From Eledone cirrhosa (lineage: Eukaryota), in NCBI GenBank assembly GCA_964016885.1, contig OZ024755.1:43524001-43588000 (forward strand): a DNA stretch of 64,000 nucleotides, read 5' to 3'. Position numbers and translations under genes: made by a program. Under the pieces are notes generated by a model, which saw nothing but the letters and a program-made list of their open reading frames with translations, made no database searches and had not been told where the DNA came from. Shown piece after piece: positions 1 to 11,901 of this stretch. The stretch's first letter is position 1. The number at the start of each line of letters is the position of its first letter.

Positions 1-215
1 AAATATACACGGGTGTGTATGATTGTGTATAGAAGATTATATTAATAAAAGGAATTCCAACTTTGTCTGATTTACTCGTTTTATTTACAATCCTTTAAAA
101 TGTTATAATGGTATTAGAATGAAATAGTATGGTAGAATATTAAATGTTAAGTGTTAATTGAACAAGTACTTTCATGCTTTTGCAATCTTCTGGTTCATAT
201 TCTGTGGTGACAGTC

Positions 216-252
216 AAGTTTGCAATTTTCAACAGTTGAAAATTGCAAACTT
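216..252. repeat. Perfect 18-bp inverted repeat with 1-nt spacer
   Basis: aagtttgcaattttcaac-a-gttgaaaattgcaaactt. Confidence 0.9.
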
Positions 253-1068
253 TTATTAATATATATATATACACCTCTGTGTGTACATAATCTACAGCTT
301 TGTTAAAGTTTGGTGAAAAAAAAATGAATATTACTTAGTTGATTTGTAAAAGAACTGGTTAAGCATGAAGTATAAAATTTGACAGCAACTTAACTGAATG
401 TTACACTGCTGGGAACAATTGTTTTTCACCTGTATTGACACATCAGAAGTTCCCCCCCCACCTGTTGGCCACGGGGACCCCCCCCCCCCCCCCATCCAAA
501 TCTATTACCAGAGAGACCTGCCTACATGCAAATTGTAAATAATATAATATATGTATAAATAAATATTATATATTTTTTATTTTAATATATTTATATATAT
601 GTATCATTTGATATTTAATATATTATTACTAGCTGTCACCCCCCCCTCCTCCCGTGTCGTCAAAAGTGACGGCTAATTGTAATATTTATACATAATATAA
701 AAGAGATATTTTGGGTGGCTGGTAGGTTGATTTTTGCTCACTCAAACAAGTGATACAAACACACACACACAGCTGTGACAAATCTTAGAACGCTGGACTT
801 CGATACTTTCTCACCCCCTCCTTCCTCAGTCATCACATAGATGTGTGTGTATGTAATAATTAGTCTCTAAGTGTGTCTGTTTATATATACGTATGTGTAG
901 ATGCGTGTTTGTTTGTAATTCTATTATCTATGTATCTTTCTAAATAAACACACACAAACACGTATACACTCACACAAATATTATATATAAATATAATTTA
1001 CACAAACACACACATAATCATAATGTGTGTAGCCAATTCACTATACATATACACACACAGGTGTAGTG

Positions 1069-1269
1069 AATAATAATAATAATAATAATAATTGTTTCTA
1101 CTTTAGGCACAAGGCCAGCAATTACCCAGTGCATTACTGGTACTTTATTTTATCGACCCCGTAAGGATGAAAGGCAAAGTCAACCTCGGCGGGATTTGAA
1201 CTCAGATCGTAAAGGGACGTAACTATGCTGGAAAGCATGGCGTCCGACCCTCTACCGATACTGCCAATA
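1069..1269 (-). mobile_element. tRNA-derived SINE, family A
   Basis: Minus strand has A-box-like tggcagtatcgg, B-box gagttcaaatcc and an (att)n tail; many near-identical copies in the window. Confidence 0.85.
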
Positions 1270-1340
1270 TGGAACATATATCACTATAGCATCATAAAAT
1301 ATGATGCTATAGTGATATATTTTCCATTTATTACTATCAT

Positions 1341-1511
1341 TAGAGGGTCGGACGCCATGCTTTCCAGCATAGTTACGTCCCTTTACGATCTGAGTTCAAA
1401 TCCCGCCGAGGTTAACTCTGCCTTTCATCCTTACGGGGTCGATAAAATAAAGTACCAGTAATGCACTGGGTAATTGCTAACCTTGTGCCTAACGTAGAAA
1501 CAATTATTATA
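1341..1511 (+). mobile_element. tRNA-derived SINE, family A (5'-clipped)
   Basis: Reverse complement of the 1069-1269 copy; B box gagttcaaatccc; ends in attattat. Confidence 0.85.
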
Positions 1512-1629
1512 ATACTCCAGATAAATTTTACTTGTTGAGTGCTTCATACCTGTTATGAACATAACTCTGCTGAATAATCATCAACAAAGTCTATAACTCG
1601 TATATATATATATATATATGTATATATAG

Positions 1630-1963
1630 TATTCATTTCATTTTGCGTCCGCTTTTCCCTGCTTGCAAGGGTGGAACGGGAACTGATTCTGGCTTGATTT
1701 CTACAGCTGGATGCCCTTCCTAACACCAACCTCATTTACAGTGAGTGCTGGGTGCTTTTTTGCCGTGGCACCTCCACGACCACTTTGCAGTGGAATGATA
1801 GGGACCCCAGTCCCTATCATCTCATTTCTACAGCTGAGTAAACTGGAGCAATGTGAAATAAAGTGTCTTGCTCAAGGACACAACACATCACCCGGTCTGA
1901 GAATTGAACTCACAACCTTTCAATTGCAAGGCCAATGCTCTAACCACTAAGCCATGTGCCTCC
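1630..1963 (-). mobile_element. tRNA-derived CORE-like SINE, family B, with RTE-derived 3' tail
   Basis: Minus strand: tggcttagtggttagagc A box, gagttcaattc B box, CORE-like gtgtccttgagcaagacacttt; tail cccttgcaagcagggaaaagcggacg matches the RTE end at ~60065-60095. Confidence 0.8.
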
Positions 1964-2080
1964 ATGTATATATAATTTATTTGGCAATATACTGTATGCT
2001 TAATTAAAAAAGACCTTACGCTGTTGTTTTAAAATAATGACTATGTCACTTACTTCTTTTTTCAACAAACAAAGGGAGAT

Positions 2081-2126
2081 AAGCTGACAGATCTCTGTTT
2101 CATACTATTGGTATTCATCAGAGTTT
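2081..2126 (-). ncRNA. Type I hammerhead ribozyme motif
   Basis: Minus strand: aaact CTGATGA atac-caata-gtat GAAA cag-agat-ctg TC agctt; stems II and III pair, stem I has one mismatch; GUC site. Confidence 0.7.
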
Positions 2127-2381
2127 AGCACTCGCCTTTGTCTGTTAAAAATTATAAATGTTTATACCGATTATACAGATAAACATTCATATATACATTG
2201 CTATTTCAGAGCACCAATTCTAATTTTCAATTACCTGCGAGTGACCCATCGCACATGTTGCAATTCTAAAACTACTAACATCATGCTAGCATCCTCCCAT
2301 TGGCGTGAATAGGGTCATCGACAGCTATAAATAGCATCTGAGTCCTTTCAACTGAGTTAGCTCTACAATTAAGGAGCCGTG

Positions 2382-2767
2382 TATATATCCAAAATTAATT
2401 TAACTAAATTAAATTAAGGGCGTCATATCCGAGACATGCGCCATATCCACCGTAGATTAAGCTCAAAGATTCCAATGAATAGATCCAAGCATTTTATATC
2501 AACTAGCAATTGATTGACATATATATATATCTAAAATAAACACATGAAACAATCACAGGGGATAATTTGTAAAGTGTGTAATCACACATAGCTAGGTAGG
2601 TAACTAATTAAAGTTTAACTAGAGCTTCAAATATTATATATATCAACCTATAGTTGATATAAAATGCTCGGATCTATTCATTGGAATCTTTGAGCTTATT
2701 CTACGGTGGATATGGCGTATGTCTCGGACATGACTCCCTTAATTTTATTTAGTTAAATTAATTTTGG

Positions 2768-2773
<6 letters not shown>
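2382..2773. repeat. ~120-bp imperfect inverted repeat (foldback), ~150-bp spacer
   Basis: 2382-2504 is the reverse complement of ~2651-2773 with a few substitutions. Confidence 0.85.

Positions 2774-2847
<74 letters not shown>
2774..2847. repeat. (TG)n microsatellite
   Basis: Pure tg run. Confidence 0.95.
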
Positions 2848-2848
<1 letters not shown>

Positions 2849-3410
2849 TGTGTTTCTTTGAGTTTATCCATTGATTGGTCCTGAATTCTTGATGGAATCG
2901 TTAAAACTCCGTTGAGACATATGGTGTGTCTTGGTTATTTTGAGCATGTTGGAACCCCCTTCCCTGGCAAGGTGTTAACACAGCCAATTCTACCACAAAG
3001 AAAGTCCACAAATTTTGACATGAAATAGAATTTAAACTCAGAGCACAAAGAGCCAGAATAAATACCACCAAGTGTTTTGGCCAGCTTTCTAACAACTGCC
3101 AATTTGCTATAATATGTCCACACATACATATACAGATCTCAACCTTCTGCACACATACACTTTCTCTCTATAGGGAAGATGGACACTAAATGACAATGAT
3201 GATGGCCATGCAAATTTCACACACCCTCACATGTACAGATTTGGCCCTCCACAGCCATCCCTTACACACATATGTCCCATATATTCACACTTCTAACACA
3301 CACATATATGCAGATGCCCACCCCCCCATATATTCACATAGACACATGCAGATTTTGCACACATAATCACTCCTCCAACACACACATACATATCCTGCCC
3401 CTTCCCACAC

Positions 3411-3567
3411 ACACACAACCCATGAGCAGACAACACACACATATATTCACACACAACCCATGAGCTGACAACACACATATATATTCACACACAACCCATG
3501 AGCTGACAACACACATATATATTCACACACAACCCATGAGCTGACAACACACATATATATTCACACA
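3411..3567. repeat. 38-bp minisatellite, ~4 copies
   Basis: aacccatgag recurs at 3417, 3455, 3493, 3531. Confidence 0.85.
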
Positions 3568-3697
3568 TTACCACGTGGCTAGAAACTGGTTGTAATAAAT
3601 TGAGAGAATTGAAGTAGTTTTATAAATTTGACTGGAGTTGGTGTTAATAGCGTGGGAAAGGGTGGGACACTTGGTGGTAGTGGGGTGGTAAGAGTGT

Positions 3698-3975
3698 GTG
3701 AGAGAGAGGGAAAGGGGGAGGCAGGGAGATAGTGGGAGAGGGAGAGAGATGGGAGAGGGAGAGAGAGAGGGGGAGAGAGAGAAAGAGGGAGGGAGAGACA
3801 GTGTGAGTAGAGAGAGGGGGAGAGAGAGAAAGAGGGAGGGAGAGACAGGGTGATTAGAGAGAGGGGGAGAGAGAAAGAGGGAGGGAGAAAGGGGGAGAGA
3901 GAGAGAAAGAGGGAGGGAGAGAGGGGAGTAGAGAGAGAGAAAGAGGGAGGGAGAAAGGGTGAGTAGAGAGAGAAA
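3698..3975. repeat. GA-rich low-complexity tract
   Basis: Imperfect (GA)n/(GGA)n polypurine tract. Confidence 0.85.
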
Positions 3976-4123
3976 AATTACTTTTACCAAAAATATTTAT
4001 TCTCAAATTACAAAGCATAAAATATTCCATTTTGGTAAGTTTCAGTCTGTTAAATCCAATTTATTTTGTTGTCTGTAATAAAGTACCGCACTATAAAGTA
4101 CCACACTATAAAGTACCGCACTG

Positions 4124-4245
4124 TGAGGCAGAGTCATTAGAACAGATAGAATGCTTTACAATATTCATTCCGGCTCTCTGAGTTCAAATCCCACCACAGT
4201 CAGACTTTCAAGGTTGATAAAAAAAGTACCAGTCAAGTACTGGGA
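4124..4245 (+). mobile_element. Degenerate SINE family A
   Basis: gagttcaaatccc B box and aaagtaccagtcaagtactggg motif. Confidence 0.55.
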
Positions 4246-4538
4246 CCGACTCTGCCTCTCTATCTCTTTCTCACTTTTTATCCTTTTCTGGAAGAAATCT
4301 GCTGTACTCAGGCTTAGAGAGGGATGAGCACTGCCTGGGTTCAAATGGCCAAGAAGCGCTGTATGTCAATACGGTACTCCTCTATCAGGAGTTACGAGAC
4401 AGTATCACAAAATAGAATATCTATAATACTGTATTGATCTTTATTTTAATGCTTGCTGGTTGTTTCCTATTAACCCTTTAGCATTTAAACCAGCCGTATC
4501 TGGCTGCTCATACTGATGTTAAGGTATTGTTCTCAAAA

Positions 4539-4710
4539 TATCGTGTTTCCTGGCATCGAAGATGCTACTTTTTTCCTAAAATAAGTTTCAAAAATCTACC
4601 ATGTGTCCTGGAGGCCAAAGGTTGTTTACTATTTTTTTTCAAATTTTGGGTTCTTAAAATTAGGGTGCATCCTCGAGAACGAAGTGTCTTCAGCGCCAGG
4701 AAATATGGTA
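4539..4710. mobile_element. Tc1/pogo-like MITE (~170 bp, TA flanks)
   Basis: ta|tcgtgtttcctggc ... gccaggaaatatgg|ta; inverted second copy at 6628-6799. Confidence 0.75.
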
Positions 4711-4860
4711 AATAATTGTTTCTACTTTTGGCACAAGGCCAGCAATTATCCCAGTGTATTACTGGTACTTTATTTTATCGACCCCGTAAGGATGAAAGGC
4801 AAAGTTAACCTCAGCGGGATTTGAACTCAGACCATAATGGGCCGTAACTCTTTGCTGCAA
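4711..4860 (-). mobile_element. SINE family A
   Basis: Homologous to 1069-1269. Confidence 0.8.
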
Positions 4861-4981
4861 AGATAATATCAAAATCTCATATGAAAGTGTCACAGACACT
4901 ACACCAAAGTCATTGTTACATCAGTCATGTTGTTATATTTACTATTTTCTATTCACTTATACTAACAAAACATGTGGAAAT

Positions 4982-5379
4982 TTACCCCTTTACCATTTAC
5001 ATTACTCTATATTGATTATTATATTTTCATGGTAAAGGCTTTATCTCACATAATATTGAATCTATGAGATTTTGATATTATCTTGGCAGTATTGGATTGG
5101 CAGTATTGGTTGAGCGTCGGACAACATGCTTAGCAGCATAGAGTTACGGCCCTTTATGTTCTGAGTTCAAATCCCGTTAAGGTTAGCTTTGCCTTTCATC
5201 TATATATACTATTATATTTTCATGGTAAATGCTTTATCTCACATAATATCGAATCTATGAGATTTTGAAAGTATTTATTTTGAGAACAATACCTTAACAT
5301 CAGTTTGAGTGACCAGTTACAGCCAGTTTCAACAGAAAAAGGTAGAGAATTCTGGCCTGTTTGAACATTAAAGGGTTAA
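4982..5379 (-). mobile_element. piggyBac-like MITE with internal SINE and ~60-bp duplication
   Basis: ccctttaccatttac ... taaaggg-TTAA; reverse-complement homology to 5761-5976. Confidence 0.6.
5084..5200 (+). mobile_element. SINE family A (5' part)
   Basis: tggcagtattgg A box (duplicated), gagttcaaatccc B box. Confidence 0.75.
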
Positions 5380-6190
5380 ACCTACTCCTTTTCATATCAA
5401 GCAAGGCCACTGATGAGATCAGTACCCTATCTTCTTTCCTATTTATTAACACTTTGGTTTTTGTTAACATTACTCTCAGCCCATTGAATTCTAAGAACTG
5501 TTTCCACAACTGGAATTTATTCTCTAGTTCCACAAATTCAGCTATGAAGACCAGATCATTGGAGTACTGAAGTTCCCATAGCAACCAGTCTCCCCTCACC
5601 TGGAGGGTTATGATGAACAGAAGTGGGCAAAGAACTGAAGCCCGATGCATTCCTACCTCCAATTCCTCACTAAACTCATTTCCTATTCTTACTTTACTTA
5701 CAGATCCTCTCTATATAGATTCAACTATTTTCGCAAGTCAACCTTCTGCACTTAGTTTCCTTAACCCATTAGCATTTAAACCTGCCACATCCGGCCAGCA
5801 TTCTCTTACCTCTTTCTGTTTAAATCAGCTACTCATACTGATGTTAAGGTATTGTTCTCAAAATAAATATCAAAATCTCATAGATTTGATATTATGTGAG
5901 ATAACTATGTGAGGTAAAATCTTTACTGTAAAAAGATAATAGTACATATAGAGTAATGTAAATGGTAAAGGGTTAAGGAGTACAAGATGATAGATTGAGG
6001 TACTCTGTCAAGGCCCTTCTCTGGATCAACAAAAGCTAGATATAGAGGCTTACTCTTAGCTAAGAACTTCTCTTGTAGTTGTCTTACTAAAAAGAGGGCA
6101 TCTGTGGTGCTCCTCCCAGATGTGAAACTGAACTGCATTTCATCTAATTTGTCCCTACCTAATTAGTTGTGCTAAAACTCTTTCTATATA
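5380..6190 (-). pseudogene. Degenerate RTE-clade LINE reverse transcriptase fragment
   Basis: QFSFTSGRSTTDALFLVRQLQEKFLAKSKPLYLAFVD and ELQYSNDL (decayed YADD); homologous to 15120-18273. Confidence 0.85.
5761..5976 (+). mobile_element. piggyBac-like MITE, complete, TTAA target duplication
   Basis: TTAA|cccattagcattta ... taaatggtaaaggg|TTAA (12/14 TIR match); removing it restores RTE codons ILYSLRKL. Confidence 0.85.
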
Positions 6191-6274
6191 CATCAATACA
6201 CTTGCACTTCTACTACTACAATGACGAATTTAACCCTTTGACTATTGCAGCTGTCACTATTACTACTATTAGAG

Positions 6275-6555
6275 TAAAGATCCCCTTTGGTCCTGAATGA
6301 TTTGTACTTAGAAAGTTCCCCTCCGAGACACAAGTCCGGGCAAGGTTGTTGTGGAAGACCAGTATTACCAGGGAAAAGGTCAATACAGCTTGGCACCAGT
6401 GATGTCACAACTCATTTCTACAGCTCAGTGAACTGGAGCAACATGAAATAAAGTGTCTTACTCAAGAACACAATGCAAAACTCTGTCCGAGAATTGAAGT
6501 CATAACCTCACAGTTGTAAAGCCTGATGCTCTAACCACTAAGCCATGTGCCTACA
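6275..6555 (-). mobile_element. CORE-like SINE (family B head, different 3' tail)
   Basis: Shares tRNA head and core with 1630-1963; distal part differs. Confidence 0.7.
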
Positions 6556-6627
6556 CCACTATTACAGTTGCTGATATTACTGTTACCATTGCTGTTGATG
6601 CCAAAAGACATCAATCTACCATGGAAT

Positions 6628-6799
6628 TACTGTATTTCGCGGCGCTGAAGACACTTCGTGCTCGAGGATGCACCTTAATTTTGACAACCAAAAATTTGAA
6701 AAAGAATATTAAACAACCTTTAGCCTCCAGGACACATGGTAGATTTTGGAGATTTATTTTAGAGAAAAAGTAGTGTCTTTGACGCTGAGAAATACGGTA
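6628..6799. mobile_element. Tc1/pogo-like MITE (TA flanks)
   Basis: ta|ctgtatttcgc ... gagaaatacgg|ta; inverted homolog of 4539-4710. Confidence 0.75.
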
Positions 6800-6982
6800 G
6801 ATTGCTATTATATTTTATTGACTTCAACAGGATTTAAACTTGGAAAATTGGAGTAAATTGTATTAATGAGATATAATTGCAAGGTTCATAGTTGTTTCTG
6901 GTTCTCTAAATCCTAATTTGTCAACATTGGATCTGAGACAATAACATTATCATATAGACACAAACATAATCCGGTTTGAATA

Positions 6983-7580
6983 TATAGGTGACCCTTTGGG
7001 CTCCCTCCGATTTGCCCTTGGTATAGACCACATTGCCCAGAGTATCACGGCCCCTCTCAACGTTTGGTACCTGGCTGATGCTATGTTGGGCAGGCCTGTG
7101 GTTCCTGCCCTGACGAGAATTGGCCTCCAGGTCAACTCGTCCAAGTCGGAGGTGGTGAATGTCAACCATGATGCTGAGAGCTTTGCAGCCTCTCTCTCAG
7201 ACATGCGGTCCATTCTCCTCCAGGTACAGGTGACCCCCAAAGAGGATGTCCTCATCCTTGGGTCACCGATCCACCCGCCAGCCATCCGCTCCACCATCAG
7301 GTCCAGGCTCCAACAACTCCAGACCCTCATGAGCCAACTGGGCATGATTGACGGCCACCCAGCCCTCTTCCTGTTGAGGAACTGCTTCATCATGCCGAAG
7401 CTCCTCTATACCCTTCATAGCACTCCATGCTACAGCCACGCATTTCTCCTCGCTGACCTCAACACTTGTATCCGAGCGGCAGCCGAGGAGATATGCAACA
7501 TCAGGTTTGATGACTTTGAATGGCAACAGGCCACCTTACCTGTCAGATATGGTGGCCTTGGCCTCCAGTCCCCAATCTCA
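6983..7580 (+). pseudogene. CRE-clade non-LTR retrotransposon RT fragment
   Basis: GDPLGSLRFALGI, WYLADA (decayed YLDD), ALFLLRNCF..PKLLYTL, WQQATLPVRYGGLGL; GC-rich island. Confidence 0.8.
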
Positions 7581-8062
7581 TAATACAGAGAGATGAGGAG
7601 GGTGAGAGAGATGGAGGCGATGACAGTGGGAGTTTGGCTTTTCTGCGTTTGGATCTGGTGTGCAGCGTCAGTTGTCCGTCTTGATGTGTTCTCTCCCTCC
7701 CTCTCTATAGTGACAAATTATCTAGCCCAGTGTCTCACTGGTTCAAGTAGTAGTAGTGATACCACAATAAAATCTACCCAGCCTACACTGCTTATGGAAT
7801 CCTCCTTTAAGTCCACATTATCCACAGTACTCCACAGTTTCCTCATTGACTCATCATCTGCTGTTTATCTGACCTAGTTGTTAACAATAAGAGAGAAGCT
7901 GCACATATATAAATATTAATGTGAGCCAAAGTGTGTTTTTCTAGAAATAATCAGTGCTAACAGATGAAGTCGTTAAAGGAAGATATTTAATTAAAATTAC
8001 ACCCTTTTATGACTAATTCTGGTAAATGTGGAATGTTGGTAACTGAGACACTTCCTGGTAAA

Positions 8063-8265
8063 CACTACACCACTACTACTACCACTACCACTACTACTAC
8101 TACCACCGCTACTACTACTACCACTACCACCACTACTGGTACTACTACCACCACCACTACTATTACTACCACCACTACTGTTGCCACTACTACTACTGCT
8201 CCCACCACCACTTCCATCCCCACTACCCCACCACTACTACTATAACCCCCCCCCCCACCACCACA
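8063..8265. repeat. (CTA/CCA)n trinucleotide tract
   Basis: Direct inspection. Confidence 0.9.
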
Positions 8266-8497
8266 ACCAAGGAGGGTGCCACCTTGACAGGAACCAACTC
8301 TCCCTTGTAAGGTACACATCATAAAAGTAGTGACGAGGTTCACTTAGGCCAACCAACTACTCCTATATGGTGCTGCTATGTGCTCAACCTTCTAGAGATA
8401 GCAACCAAATCACACTCTACTAGGTGGTGCATTCAGCAATCATGAGTGACATTTTGGACAAGTGCCATCTACTATTGTCTCAAAAGGTCAGTTTTGT

Positions 8498-9380
8498 CTG
8501 TCACACACTGTACCACAGACCAGTGTTGTGTCACACACTGTGCCACAGCCCAGTGTTGTTGTGTCACACACTGTACCAGAGACCAGTATTGTTATGTTAC
8601 ACACTGTGCCACAGACCAGTGTTGTGTCACACACTGTACCAGAGACCAGTATTGTTATGTTACACACTGTGCCACAGTCCAGTGTTATGTCACACACTGT
8701 ACCAGAGACCAGTGTTGTTATGTTACACACTGTGTCACAGACCAGTGTTGTGTCACACACTGTACCACAGTCCAGTGTTATGTCACACACTGTGTTGTTA
8801 TGTTACATACTGTACCAGAGACCAGTATTGTTATGTCACACACTGTACCAGAGACCAGTATTGTTATGTCACACACTGTACCAGAGACCAGTGTTGTTGT
8901 GTCACACACTGTCCCAGAGACCAGTTTGTTGTGTCACACAATGTACCACAGCCCAGTGTTGTTGTGCCAGACACTGTACCATAGAACAGTGTTGTGTTAT
9001 TCACTGTGTCACAGCCCAGGGTTGTTGTTACACACTGTGCCACAGGTCAGTTTTGTGTCACACACTGTACGACAGCCCAGTTTTGTTGTATCATACACTG
9101 TACCACAGCCCAGTGTTGTGTCACACACTGTACCGCAGCCCAATGTTGTCACACACTGTACCACAGACCAGTGTTATTGTGTCACACACTGTACCACAGA
9201 CCAGTGTTATGTCACACACTGTGTCACAGACCAGTGTTATGTCACACACTGTGCCACAGACCAGTGTTGTGTCACACACTGTGCCACAGACCAGTGTTGT
9301 GTCACCCACTGTACCACAGACCAGTGTTGTTTGTCACACACCATACCATAGGTCAGTGATGTTTGTGACACACCATACCA
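8498..9380. repeat. 30/33-bp minisatellite
   Basis: Unit gtcacacactgtaccacagaccagtgttgt(tat), roughly 27 copies. Confidence 0.9.
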
Positions 9381-9847
9381 CTCTCCTTACCAACTATTGT
9401 AAGGATACACATGTTTGTGAAATACTCAACCACTTACACATTGACATTCACTCTACTGAAGTGGATGCTCATCGTATAATTTGACAGATGACCTCTCAGA
9501 ATCAATATATCAAACTTGTAAGAAGAACTTATTAACCACAACAGCCACCAGGTCAAATTAATAACAAATGTGTTTGTGTGTGTGACATTATGTTGACAGA
9601 TGTGGGGAGAGGTTGAGAGGTGGGCTTTGTACACTTAAAACATTCAGTTTGAAATGTTGGAGGTTACGGTATTCCCAATAATTATAGTCTACATCTCTTG
9701 TAGTGAAAGTTATTTTCAACGTAATTCATTTTATTTATCCATTAGCATCTTTATAATGTTTTAGCCTTTTCTGTCTCAAAGTCCAAATATTACAATGGCA
9801 CAATTTATATATTAGTATATCAGGACAGTTTATATAATTTAGGCAAA

Positions 9848-10660
9848 ATAATAATAATAATAATCATAACCATGAAATACAAGGGGCGTTGGAGCATCTC
9901 TAATAATTTTTGAGGCAAGCATTCACAGCATTCCTGCAGGTGATAGCGGGGCTAAGACACTGGAACAACCAAGCTCCCTCGCAGACATCACTAGATACCT
10001 TGGTTAGGCGAGTCATCAACAATGACAAGAATTTTGTTGTCAGCGGCGCCCAGCTTCCCCAAACACGTCAAATGCCACAGGCCGTAAAAAATAGTTTGCC
10101 AATAATTCCTGGTATTTTAGTATTTTATTCCGTTTGGCTACAAATGCGAGGATCTTCATCCTCGTTGCAATATCCAGGATACGAGAAGGAGCAAAAGTGT
10201 CACTGACTATGACGTCCTAAATGAGACATCTACCTTTTACTCAGAGGTATATGGTAAGACCATCTGGTCTCATCAACCTTGAACAATCTAACTAGCTCCA
10301 AAATTAAGAAGATATTGACTCGAACAAAGACTTACTTGATAATTATGTTCAGCTTGGTATGATGACCAAAGCAGTTTCTGTTCAGATGGCAAGACATTCA
10401 ATGAAGACCCGTGGAGTCAAAAGACTTGCTACAATGACATTTAAACCCCACCTCCCTGATATAGGCTCAGAGTACAATGGAGATGCTGAGTTCATCCAGA
10501 TTGAGTGGCCAACCGATATTAGCCATGAGCATCAACCCAGCCCCCGAGACACTACACCCTTCAATAATTCAAATATAAAAATCAATCTCTCTTGCCTAGG
10601 AGGGCCTGTGAAGGCTATGGGCACAACCCTTTCCCCTCAGATCTATCCAAGTAAAAAAGA
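9848..10660 (-). pseudogene. CRE-clade element 3' end (zinc knuckle + REL endonuclease, (ATT)n tail)
   Basis: Manual minus-strand translation gives KCHCSKSFDSTGLH*MSC..HTKLNIII and RPDGLT...GRCLI*DVIVSDTFAPS...KILKYQEL...PVAFDVFG, with stops. Confidence 0.75.
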
Positions 10661-10707
10661 AAAGAAAAGTTTATGCTCTTTTGAAAGATATTAAATAATT
10701 GGTCTTA

Positions 10708-10870
10708 CGTATGTATGTGTATGTGTGTGTGTATGTATGTGCATATGCATGTGTGTGTATGTGTGTGTGTATGTATGTGTGTGTATGTGTATATGTGTGT
10801 GTATGTGTATGTGTGTGCACGCGTGTGTGTGTGCACGCGTGTGTGTGTGTGTGTGTGTGTATGCATGTAT
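10708..10870. repeat. Imperfect (TG/TATG)n microsatellite
   Basis: Direct inspection. Confidence 0.9.
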
Positions 10871-11160
10871 GGTCCCATAACTTCTAAGGGAGTTGTAGGG
10901 TCCCAGTTGTATTGACCCAGGGCACTTCTGGGGTATTTTAAAACTTGTCAGAGCCCATCTCCTCTCCAGGTCTGAATACAACAGATCTCTTCCAGAGAAT
11001 GAGAGAGAGAGTGAGAGAGAGGAAGTGAGAGAAAAGAAGAATCGACCCCAGTACTTGACTGGTACTTTTATTTATAAGAATGGATGAAAGGCAAAGTTGA
11101 CTTGTCTTATCTTACACTGGTAAAAAAGAATGAACCAAATATCCTTATAATACTACTGTA

Positions 11161-11901
11161 CACCAAGCATGTCAAACTGAGGGACCCCCCAGGGCCACAT
11201 GGATACACCAAGCATGTCAAACTGAGGGACCCCCCAGGGCCACATGGATACACCAAGCATGTCAAACTGAGGGACCCCCCAGGGCCACATGGATCACACC
11301 AAGCATGTCAAACTGAGGGTCCCCCCAGGGCCACATGGATCATACCAAGCATGTCAAACTGAGGGACCCCCCAGAGCCACATGGATACACCAAGCATGTC
11401 AAACTGAGGGTCCCCCCAGGGCCACATGGATACACCAAGCATGTCAAACTGAGGGTCCCCCCCCCCCCAGGGCCACATGGATCACACCAAGCATGTCAAA
11501 CTGAGGGTCCCCCCAGGGCCACATGGATCACACCAAGCATGTCAAACTGAGGGTCCCCCCCAGGGCCACATGGATCACACCAAGCATGTCAAACTGAGGG
11601 TCCCCCCCAGGGCCACATGGATACACCAAGCATGTCAAACTGAGGGACCCCCCAGGGCCACATGGATACACCAAGCATGTCAAACTGAGGGTCCCCCCCA
11701 GGGCCACATGGATACACCAAGCATGTCAAACTGAGGGTCCCCCCCAGGGCCACATGGATCACACCAAGCATGTCAAACTGAGGGACCCCCCAGGGCCACA
11801 TGGATCACACCAAGCATGTCAAACTGAGGATCCCCCCAGGGCCACATGGATCACACCAAGCATGTCAAACTGAGGGTCCCCCCCAGGGCCACATGGATCA
11901 C
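11161..11901. repeat. 45-50-bp minisatellite, ~16 copies
   Basis: Unit caccaagcatgtcaaactgaggg(a/t)c(n)agggccacatggat(c)a. Confidence 0.95.

Larger units (their letters stand above)
4470..4880 (+). mobile_element. piggyBac-like MITE (left part) carrying nested insertions
   Basis: Starts TTAA-CCCTTTAGCATTTA; matches the 5761-5976 copy on both sides of the 4539-4860 inserts. Confidence 0.65.

Noticed and set aside
1880-1963. tRNA gene-like sequence (also at 14600-14679 and 43321-43400)
   Set aside because: A and B boxes are present but continue into SINE body and tail; these are SINE heads, not tRNA genes.
2412-2445. Possible decayed hammerhead (taagggcgtcatatccgagacatgcg) in the foldback arm
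   Set aside because: Both CTGAnGA and GAAA cores are absent; too degenerate to call.
8009-9484. Thr-rich mucin-like and Cys-rich metallothionein-like ORFs
   Set aside because: Open in several frames and on both strands because of simple and minisatellite repeats; no splice or domain support.
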